Of a stretch of 64,000 bases of DNA, positions 57,440 to 64,000 are shown one piece after another. Numbering within the stretch: position 1 is the stretch's first letter; the number at the start of each line of letters is the position of its first letter. The stretch lies in the NCBI GenBank assembly GCA_019913005.1, contig JAIOHL010000249.1, positions 5,615 through 69,614 of the forward strand, read 5' to 3'. Source of the DNA: Anaerolineae bacterium (GTDB taxonomy: Bacteria > Chloroflexota > Anaerolineae > Aggregatilineales > J027). The notes beneath the pieces are model-generated. The model was not told the origin of the DNA. It did not search any database and saw only the letters and a list, made by a program, of their open reading frames with translations. The position numbers were made by a program, and so were the translations under genes.

Positions 57440-58099
57440 TCACGCATTTAATTCAGACCACAGTGCCACATCAAAATGGGCCAATGTGGGGATTACCTTA
57501 TCTGCAATACTGAGACGTGGATCGCCTGCTAATGAAGGGTCTGGCACACAAACACATTTCATCTCGGCGGCTTTGGCAGCCAACAGTCCACGAAACGAAT
57601 CCTCGAATACGAGACATTTTAGACGTGACACACCTAATTTATCAGCGGCACTTAAATAGACGGAGGGGTTGGGTTTGCCATAGGGTTCATGTTCCGCCGA
57701 ACACAGCACCGTGAGGTATGGCCCGATGGCTAACCGTTCGACTACACATTCAATCAGTTCCATATAGGACGATGATGCGATTGCCATTGGGATATTGTGG
57801 GTCTGCATGAAACGCAGTATTTCCATAACACCTGTCTTGGCCTCACCGCGCTCTCGGACGAGTTCCAGATAACGGGTTTTGATGGCGTCCTCAATCTCTT
57901 TTTTGGAATAATGATTCCACGACTGGTAGCGATACCAAAATTCCACGACTTCATCCAGCCGCAGGCCCATTGTTTTGGTGCAATCCTGCTCGATGAGATG
58001 GAGGCCCACTTTGGCAAAGGTGGTGATTTCTGCCTCTTGCCAGAAAGGTTCTGAATCAATGAGTAGGCCGTCCATATCAAAGATGACTGCTTCGATCAT
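57440..58099 (-). CDS. HAD-superfamily phosphatase (beta-phosphoglucomutase-like subfamily)
   Basis: MIEAVIFDMDGLLIDSE (DxDG), IASSS, VFEDS. ATG 58099 preferred over TTG 58111. Confidence 0.85.
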   Translation of the reverse strand: MIEAVIFDMDGLLIDSEPFWQEAEITTFAKVGLHLIEQDCTKTMGLRLDEVVEFWYRYQSWNHYSKKEIEDAIKTRYLELVRERGEAKTGVMEILRFMQTHNIPMAIASSSYMELIECVVERLAIGPYLTVLCSAEHEPYGKPNPSVYLSAADKLGVSRLKCLVFEDSFRGLLAAKAAEMKCVCVPDPSLAGDPRLSIADKVIPTLAHFDVALWSELNA

Positions 58100-58781
58100 G
58101 CTGTTCCTCAATTTCGTCGGTGATTCCCTCTAATTCCAGTTCTTCAATGGAGGGAACTTGATGGTAGGTGTCTATTTCTTCGTAACTTTCCAAAATGTCG
58201 TCCAGTTGCAGCATGAGGCGGTCAATGCTTTCGCCTAATTGGTCAAGTTTGCGGCGCGTTTTGCTGGTATTAAAACTGACGACCTTGGCTGGTATGCTGG
58301 CTTGTAAATTTAAGGCTTCTTCAATTCGGCTGACCAGCCATTGCCGGGATTCTGCCATTGTTTTCGCTTCGTCGGAAGCTGGATTTTTGTACAAGGTAGC
58401 GATTTCGTCAATGTCTTCCAGTTGCTCCACCAGCGCCACAATTCTGGCACTGAGTTGCTGCGTCTGGCTTAAAATGTCATAACTGGTCGAGCCGCGAATA
58501 TTGCGGGTTGCCCGTACCACCAGTCGTTCAGTGGAAAGCATCCGGTCATAATAGTCATAGTTCTTTTTATGCACATGCCCACGCAGTATATCCCGCACCT
58601 GCCGATAGGTCGTGTTGATTTGGGGGTCGCTGTAATAAATCCTGCGTAAACGACGTAGCCGGGTGTCCGCCGTATTCGAGGCCGTCGGTAAATCCAAAAT
58701 CATTAGCAGTTGGTCGAATAATGCTTTGATGCCCTGCCACAGCAATTTGATAAAGCCGGGTTGATGTTCATGTTCAGCCAT
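58077..58781 (-). CDS. hypothetical coiled-coil protein, 234 aa
   Basis: ATG with GGGGAG RBS. Heptad-like helical sequence and acidic C-terminus. No motif recognised. Hand-counted GC about 40-42%. Confidence 0.65.
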   Translation of the reverse strand: MAEHEHQPGFIKLLWQGIKALFDQLLMILDLPTASNTADTRLRRLRRIYYSDPQINTTYRQVRDILRGHVHKKNYDYYDRMLSTERLVVRATRNIRGSTSYDILSQTQQLSARIVALVEQLEDIDEIATLYKNPASDEAKTMAESRQWLVSRIEEALNLQASIPAKVVSFNTSKTRRKLDQLGESIDRLMLQLDDILESYEEIDTYHQVPSIEELELEGITDEIEEQHDRSSHL

Positions 58782-58868
58782 AGTTTTCTCCCCACGATGG
58801 ACGGTTATCAGTATGCCGTCTGTGCCGGAAATTTGCCAGACGGACTCTGATTAATTGCGAATCGCCAC

Positions 58869-58897
58869 TTGCGACAAAACTATAACAATGGTATATA
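58869..58897 (+). promoter_or_regulatory. candidate sigma-70-type promoter for tRNA-Arg
   Basis: TTGCGA (58869-58874), 17-nt spacer, TATATA (58892-58897). The tRNA starts 17 nt later. Confidence 0.5.
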
Positions 58898-58913
58898 TAA
58901 GGAAGTAGGGAAT

Positions 58914-58985
58914 GCCCCATTAGCTCAGTGGATAGAGCGTTGCCCTCCGGAGGCAGAGGCCCGCGTTCGAGTCGCGGATGGGGTA
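58914..58985 (+). tRNA. tRNA-Arg (anticodon CCG), CCA not encoded
   Basis: Hand-folded cloverleaf. Acceptor GCCCCAT/ATGGGGT (G1.U72 wobble). D arm GCTC-AGTGGATA-GAGC. Anticodon arm TTGCC-CTCCGGA-GGCAG. Variable loop AGGC. T arm CCGCG-TTCGAGT-CGCGG. Discriminator A. Confidence 0.9.
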
Positions 58986-59009
58986 CAGCTATGTAGTTCT
59001 GACGAAACG

Positions 59010-59040
59010 CCAGCAGGAGAAATCTTGCTGGTTTTTGTTT
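59010..59040 (+). terminator. intrinsic terminator after tRNA-Arg
   Basis: CCAGCAGG (59010-59017) pairs with CTTGCTGG (59024-59031) with one G.U pair and a 6-nt loop, then TTTTTGTTT. Confidence 0.75.
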
Positions 59041-59462
59041 CCATACTATCGTTATCGGAAAGAGTGGCTTGTCCGTCGCTCTCGCCAGCGGGTCGAACGC
59101 TGGATGAATATCCAAACGGAGGCCGCAAATCCATTCTTACAATCAACCCCTCACGGTTAACAACAACACGCTCAATGAGCTAGAGTAGTAACTGACGTTT
59201 CTGTTTTGGCTCCAATCTCTTATGGAGTATACCAATTTTTGCAAGCAGTCGAACTGCCTTGTCTCTCCCTTAATAAGTATTCCTTTTCCTGTCCCAAATG
59301 CTCCAATGCGGCGCGGGTTTTCCGATACTGGCCGTTAAAATCGCGCCAGAGTTCGGTATTGAGTTCCTCAGTTTACCTAGAAGCCTTACTGTCTTGGACA
59401 AAGAGCCAAAAGTAACCATTGATGCAGTATAAAAATATTAAGATATGTACGCTGAAATAACC

Positions 59463-59582
59463 TTAAAAATCACTATAGGTTAATTCATTCTTTGTTTTCC
59501 GAGTAACCTTCGTAACAGTAACCCTATCTTCAGAGCTGATTCTTCGACAGTTTATTTTGTATTCTATATCTGAATCTTTCAT
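59463..59582 (-). CDS. possible 39-aa small ORF in the AT-rich spacer
   Basis: My translation: MKDSDIEYKINCRRISSEDRVTVTKVTRKTKNELTYSDF. AAGGA sits 7 nt upstream of the ATG. It is below the ORF-track size cutoff and I recognise no homology. Confidence 0.25.
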   Translation of the reverse strand: MKDSDIEYKINCRRISSEDRVTVTKVTRKTKNELTYSDF

Positions 59583-59870
59583 GAATTTTTCCTTCATTAT
59601 TCAGAAAAAATAAATTTTATCGTCTATACTAAATATAACTTGTACATGTATAAGGGTCTTATCTAGTTTCCTGCTTGTACAATTTTTACCAATTATCAAT
59701 AAATTTATTTATCTATTACTCATATGATGAGAATAATTGCTCAATGCGAGAGGTGTTGTATTAGGCTTGTTCCACCCTTTCTTCCATCGCTGAACACATC
59801 AACTGTAACTTCATAAGAATCTGTGACTTTAAGCAGCTCAACACTCGTCTCCATTGATCGGGGATTCACA

Positions 59871-61904
59871 ATGAAGAAAAACGTCCTTAACCGACTTTCC
59901 TTCAAGATTGGCAGTATGATCGTCTTGACGGAAATTGTCATTCTGAGTCTTGTTAGTTTTCTCTATGTACAACGATTCTCGAACCAGATTGACAAACGTA
60001 TTGAAGACCGAGTGAAACTTGTCGGAACTCTCGTTGAAAGTTCACTTGTGCGCCTTATCTCGATCCGGGATTCAGAGTCGCTTCAGTTACTGGTTGGGGA
60101 AGAAATTGTTGATGCACTCATTGTAGACGCCAAAAATCAGAATGTGATTTTTGCTTTTAATTCTGAAAACACAGGGGCTTCAGTTCAAGACGTCTCAGGG
60201 GTCGAGCAAAACTGGTTTGGTGCCGAACAGCCCCATGAAACGTTGAAGCGCACTAAAGAAGGGGATAACAGCTACATGGTTAGCGTGACTCCTCTCTCAG
60301 ACCCCAATAGCGGGGCAACAACCTATTTCCTATACATCAAGACCAGTACAAATGAAGCCGAAGCTGAAAAGGCAAGCCTTATCAGGCTATTAATTTTGGG
60401 TTCAATCGGTACAGTTTTAGGAACCTTTGTGGTGCTCTTCCTTTCCTTCCGTTTTATGATCTTGGTCAGAATAGCGGATGCTCTTGGTATTCTGGGGTTG
60501 ATTGAACAAGGCGATCTATCGGCTCGCATTACCCGATTCACCACCCCTGACGAAATCGGCGTTTTACAAAGTGGTGTGAACTCGATGGCTGAAAAACGCG
60601 AGCGAGCAGAAAAGGAACTGACCCAACTCAATCAGGAACTTGAGAAGCGTGTAGAAGACCGCACACGCGAATTGCAGGTTGCTGCGGATGTATCAAAACG
60701 AATCACAGTAGTTTTAGAAATCGAAAAGCTGCTGCAAGAAGTTGTAACTCTCGTTGTAGATGGTTTTGCCCTTGATGGTGCGTTTATTTTTCGCCTAGAT
60801 GAAGAGAAGCAGGTTTTGAACATGGCGGCTGGGGCAAACGCCGCAGGTGATGCTGTGCCCCACGAGACGATTGGCGACTTACCGATGAATACTGCGCCAA
60901 GTATCGTGACCAAAGCAGCCCGCACGCATTCGGCAGTAGTGGTTAATGATGTGTCTCAATCACCAGATTATTTGCTTCACTCATCAATGCCGGAAACTCG
61001 ATCTGAAGTTGCCTTGCCAATTCTGTTAGGAGATCACCTGATCGGTATTCTGGATCTTCAATCGCATAAGCCAAAACATTTTGGATCGAACGAATTACGG
61101 GTTTTGCAATCGTTGGCTGAACAACTGGCCGTCGCTATGCGTAATGCAGAACTCTACTCTCAAGCTCAGATTGCACGCGAAGCTGCCGAGTCCGCGAACC
61201 ATGTAAAATCACAATTCCTCGCCAGTATGTCGCACGAACTTCGCACCCCATTAAACGGCATCATCAACTTTACCCGCCTAGTCGCCGATGGTGTGCTGGG
61301 TACGGTAAACGAGAAACAGACCGAAATATTGCTCAAATCGGTTGCTAACAGCAAACACCTGCTGGCCCTGATCAACGACGTGTTGGACATTTCCAAAATC
61401 GAATCTGGCTCTCTGACGCTGCTCATTGAAGATAATGTCAATATCAACCAAGAACTAGAAGCCGTGATTGGCAATGCCGGTAGTTTGCTTCAGGGAAAAC
61501 CTGTGGAGCTTATTGTTGACATAGAAGAAAATTTGCCGTTGGTCCGAGCAGACCGCCGACGTGTTCGACAGATACTTCTCAACCTCGTCTCGAATGCGTG
61601 CAAATTTACCGATACAGGCTCGGTGATAATTAGTGCTCATCATCAAAATGAGCAAATCCTTTTTGCAGTCAAAGATACTGGCCCGGGTATAGCCCCAGAA
61701 GATCATGATGCCGTTTTTGAAACCTTCCGGCAGACTGAAACCGGACTTCGTAAAGGTGGAGGAACGGGATTGGGTTTGCCCATTTCCAAACGCCTAACAG
61801 AAGCGCATGGAGGCAAGTTGTGGCTAGAAAGTGTTCCCGGCGAAGGATCAACATTTTACGTGTCCTTGCTGGTGAAGTCTGAGGCGCTACAGCCCACAAT
61901 ATAG
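59871..61904 (+). CDS. sensor histidine kinase: extracytoplasmic sensor + HAMP + GAF + HisKA + HATPase_c
   Basis: Two TM helices bracket about 150 aa. HAMP (LIEQGDLSARI...PDEIGVLQSGVNSMA). GAF (GILDLQSHKP). H-box SHELRTPLNGI. DTGPGI and GTGLGL. ATG 59871. Confidence 0.9.
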   Translation: MKKNVLNRLSFKIGSMIVLTEIVILSLVSFLYVQRFSNQIDKRIEDRVKLVGTLVESSLVRLISIRDSESLQLLVGEEIVDALIVDAKNQNVIFAFNSENTGASVQDVSGVEQNWFGAEQPHETLKRTKEGDNSYMVSVTPLSDPNSGATTYFLYIKTSTNEAEAEKASLIRLLILGSIGTVLGTFVVLFLSFRFMILVRIADALGILGLIEQGDLSARITRFTTPDEIGVLQSGVNSMAEKRERAEKELTQLNQELEKRVEDRTRELQVAADVSKRITVVLEIEKLLQEVVTLVVDGFALDGAFIFRLDEEKQVLNMAAGANAAGDAVPHETIGDLPMNTAPSIVTKAARTHSAVVVNDVSQSPDYLLHSSMPETRSEVALPILLGDHLIGILDLQSHKPKHFGSNELRVLQSLAEQLAVAMRNAELYSQAQIAREAAESANHVKSQFLASMSHELRTPLNGIINFTRLVADGVLGTVNEKQTEILLKSVANSKHLLALINDVLDISKIESGSLTLLIEDNVNINQELEAVIGNAGSLLQGKPVELIVDIEENLPLVRADRRRVRQILLNLVSNACKFTDTGSVIISAHHQNEQILFAVKDTGPGIAPEDHDAVFETFRQTETGLRKGGGTGLGLPISKRLTEAHGGKLWLESVPGEGSTFYVSLLVKSEALQPTI

Positions 61905-61916
61905 GAGAAGAGTCCG

Positions 61917-62324
61917 ATGTCAGAAAACCCTTTTATTCTGTATGTAGAAGATGATCCAACGAGTCGGGAAGTGATGGAGATGACCCTGATGTATAGAATG
62001 GGATGCTCCAGTTTCCAAGTCTTTGAGGATAGCGAGAATTTCATCTCGAAGGTCAAAAGCCTGCCCCAAAAACCGGACGTTATCTTTCTTGATATCCATA
62101 TGAAACCCTATGATGGATTCCAGATGCTCCAGATGCTACGTAATGAACCGGATTACGCCCAAGCAAAAATCATCGCCTTAACGGCCAGCGTTATGAACGA
62201 AGAAGTAGCGGCACTCGAAACTGCTGGCTTCGACGGCACAATTGCCAAACCGATTGATGCCGATGCCTTTCCAAATTTGCTAAATCGGATAATCAGCGGT
62301 GAGCGGGTTTGGTTCATCGTATGA
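61917..62324 (+). CDS. single-domain response regulator (REC only)
   Basis: ILYVEDDP, VIFLDIHM (Asp), ALTAS, AKP. Confidence 0.88.
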   Translation: MSENPFILYVEDDPTSREVMEMTLMYRMGCSSFQVFEDSENFISKVKSLPQKPDVIFLDIHMKPYDGFQMLQMLRNEPDYAQAKIIALTASVMNEEVAALETAGFDGTIAKPIDADAFPNLLNRIISGERVWFIV

Positions 62325-62380
62325 TGGATGAGTTTAGTTATCTGAAAGTGGGATTATCTGACTACTGTAAAGGAAACACT

Positions 62381-62770
62381 ATGGGCGGAATTCATGCACT
62401 TATCATTGACGATAGCGCAACCGGACTAGATGTCCTAAAAGAACTGCTTCATTCTATCGGCGTAGCTGCAACCACTGTTCAGCAACCATCAAAGGTTGAT
62501 CAAACAATCGCTGAGATGGAAAGAATTGATGTGGTTTTTTTGGATCTTGAGATGCCGCACACGGATGGCTATGTGATGCTTCAAAAACTCCGCGACTCTT
62601 TGGGCGTTACTGCACCAATTATCGCGTATACGGTCCATACCAGCGAGATAGATACCGCTAAAAGATTGGGGTTTGATGGTTTCTTAGGTAAGCCCGTAGA
62701 TATTGATCATTTCCCGGAACAGTTTGAGCGTATTATGACAGGCGGCACAGTCTGGGAAACAGGGAGCTAA
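62381..62770 (+). CDS. single-domain response regulator (REC only), paralog of the preceding gene
   Basis: ALIIDDS, VVFLDLEM, AYTVH, GKP. AAGGAAA RBS at 62370-62376. An alternative ATG at 62321 overlaps the upstream stop. Confidence 0.85.
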   Translation: MGGIHALIIDDSATGLDVLKELLHSIGVAATTVQQPSKVDQTIAEMERIDVVFLDLEMPHTDGYVMLQKLRDSLGVTAPIIAYTVHTSEIDTAKRLGFDGFLGKPVDIDHFPEQFERIMTGGTVWETGS

Positions 62771-62793
62771 TCTCTCTACAGAGGTTCTCAATT

Positions 62794-63207
62794 ATGAATA
62801 GGGAAAAGATGCCTTCTAAACGTGTGTTGATTGTTGAAGACAATCCGGATAACTGCCAACTTTTGTCTATCATCTTTGGTAATCCGGTTTACGAAGTCCA
62901 TGAGGCTCGGACGGGAGCCGATGGCCTTACGTTAATTCGGGACGCCAGCTTTGATCTTGGCCTTTTCGACATCCAATTGCCTGATGCGAACGGCCTGACC
63001 TTGGCTAGATATCTGCATAAGCAAAACCCCGAAGCAAAGATTGTCGTGCTTTCCGCGCTGGATGATACACACCTGATAGAACAAAGCGCCGAGCTTGGGG
63101 CACGCGCTTATGTGGTCAAACCTTTTGATTTGCCGGTTCTGATTCAGTTCTTCCGTGAAATAGAAACTTATCCGCCCAATGATAGGATAAAGATTTTTAG
63201 AGCCTAG
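62794..63207 (+). CDS. single-domain response regulator (REC only)
   Basis: VLIVEDNP, GLFDIQLP, VLSAL, VKP. Confidence 0.88.
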   Translation: MNREKMPSKRVLIVEDNPDNCQLLSIIFGNPVYEVHEARTGADGLTLIRDASFDLGLFDIQLPDANGLTLARYLHKQNPEAKIVVLSALDDTHLIEQSAELGARAYVVKPFDLPVLIQFFREIETYPPNDRIKIFRA

Positions 63208-63344
63208 CGGGTGAAAGATTTTATTTTGAGCTACATTCCACTTGGCTTTAGTTTTTTGAATTGAGATGGATGTACTACGTACCCTCGTAGTTGAAATCAA
63301 ATACAAGACTTGACCGCAATATTATCCTGAGCCTAGGAGGTTCT

Positions 63345-64000
63345 ATGTATACGAGGAAATTGGGGGGAAATCTAATTCTCCTAATCGCGCTGTTAGCCCT
63401 GTTTTCCGCCTCTTATTCCGCACCGATAATTCACGCCCAAGACAGCCAATATCACGAAGCCCCGATGCTGGCTGAACGTGTAGCCTCCGGGGAATTGCCT
63501 CCGGTAGATGAGCGTCTACCTGAAGATCCTTTAGTGATCAAACCCACCGAAGAAATTGGTGTTTACGGTGGCACTTGGCATATGGGTATGCGTGGACGCA
63601 ACGATCATGCGCTTATTATTCGAACAGCGGGGTATCAGGGCCTAGTTCGATGGACGCCCGATTGGACGGATATTGAGCCTAATCTAGCAGTAAACTGGGA
63701 AATTAGCCCAGATGCATCGGAATATACCTTCTATCTGCGCCAAGGCGTAAAATGGTCTGATGGTACCCCCTTTACAGCTGATGACGTTCTTTTTTGGTAT
63801 GAAGCCATTGCGCGTAACACCGATCTATTCCCTTCTCCGCCTTCATGGATGGTCATAGATGGTCAAGTTGGTGTCGTCGAAAAAATTGATGACTATACCG
63901 TGAGGTTTACTTTTAGTGGACCTCATGGTCTCTTGCTTCAATACCTCTGTCTTCCCGAAGGAACTTCACCTGTCTCATACCCAGAGCACTACCTGTCTCA
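63345..64000 (+). CDS. ABC transporter substrate-binding protein, family 5, N-terminal part (runs off window end)
   Basis: AGGAGG RBS. Signal peptide LILLIALLALFSASYSAPIIHA. YTFYLRQGVKWSDGTPFTADDV. Confidence 0.85.
   Translation, partial: MYTRKLGGNLILLIALLALFSASYSAPIIHAQDSQYHEAPMLAERVASGELPPVDERLPEDPLVIKPTEEIGVYGGTWHMGMRGRNDHALIIRTAGYQGLVRWTPDWTDIEPNLAVNWEISPDASEYTFYLRQGVKWSDGTPFTADDVLFWYEAIARNTDLFPSPPSWMVIDGQVGVVEKIDDYTVRFTFSGPHGLLLQYLCLPEGTSPVSYPEHYLS

Noticed and set aside
57027-57659. 210-aa plus-strand ORF antisense to ygeY and the HAD gene
   Set aside because: The opposite strand encodes two well-supported enzymes. This translation has no motif and spans their junction, so it is a shadow ORF. 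The same reasoning applies to 21314-21790, 25101-25658, 33089-33589, 37331-37867, 38574-38963 and 44145-44660.
58774-59183. ORFs of 60-113 aa on both strands across the tRNA-Arg region
   Set aside because: They read straight through the tRNA gene and its terminator, and no start context or motif is present.
59220-59372. 50-codon minus-strand open frame (…EELNTELWRDFNGQYRKTRAALEHLGQEKEYLL…) that looks protein-like
   Set aside because: It has no start codon, being bounded by a stop upstream. I cannot assign it to a family from memory. It is kept only as a possible gene remnant inside the spacer finding.
59400-59760. AT-rich spacer inspected for CRISPR-like or tandem repeats
   Set aside because: Only short (5-6 bp) inverted repeats were found. 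There are no regularly spaced direct repeats, and no cas genes anywhere in the window.
63255-63275. Possible att-type direct repeat of the tRNA 3' end (gatggatgtac versus gatggggtac)
   Set aside because: About 9 matching bases with an indel is too weak, and no integrase was seen. It is not evidence for island boundaries.

Overview
This 64-kb window is a gene-dense chromosomal stretch with about 60 CDS, one tRNA, no rRNA, no CRISPR array and no recognisable transposase or integrase. All calls come from reading the supplied translations and the DNA by eye. No HMM, BLAST or folding program was run. GC hand-counted on scattered 60-nt lines is about 53-60% for most genes. It drops to about 37-47% in a few places: 30164-30523, 41617-42939, and everything from about 57440 to the window end. 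Gene content points weakly to a Chloroflexota-like bacterium (many Hanks kinases, a DUF4397 repeat protein, a C39-TPR protein, short or overlapping gene junctions). This is inference only.

Layout from left to right:
- An OmpR/PhoR-type two-component pair.
- Two tandem paralogous Ser/Thr kinases.
- An M50 protease, a GCS2 ligase and an M23 peptidase.
- A DUF4397 protein, a TPR membrane protein and a STAS protein.
- tgt, a PstS-like lipoprotein, a methyltransferase and a C39-TPR protein.
- yqeK and a purine nucleoside phosphorylase.
- A membrane protein plus Roadblock-like pair next to a WYL regulator.
- A selenium-dependent molybdenum hydroxylase operon: fused FAD/2Fe-2S subunit, small membrane protein, Mo subunit, YqeB, YqeC-MocA fusion.
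- A PrsW protease fused to a cyclic-nucleotide-binding domain.
- A low-GC orphan Imm8-like gene, an M24 peptidase and a PIG-L deacetylase.
- A 16-kb peptidoglycan/MurNAc salvage supercluster: family-5 ABC importer, GntR/HutC regulator, nagZ, unknown 440-aa gene, namZ, AmiE-like hydrolase, anmK, BadF-type kinase, murQ, GNAT.
- A stand-alone Rnl1-like RNA ligase.
- A NarL-type two-component pair.
- A B12-radical SAM gene, then DDAH, ygeY, HAD and a coiled-coil protein.
- tRNA-Arg(CCG), followed by an 885-nt AT-rich gene-poor spacer.
- A sensor kinase with three single-domain receivers.
- The start of a second family-5 binding protein.

Best candidates for new biology:
- The lower-GC 440-aa orphan gene between nagZ and namZ, which has its own leader and terminator.
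- The PrsW-cNMP fusion.
- The unusual selenium-linked Mo-hydroxylase operon with an embedded membrane protein.
- A dre-like perfect palindrome that may tie the ABC importer to the GntR regulon.
- The low-GC block around tRNA-Arg.
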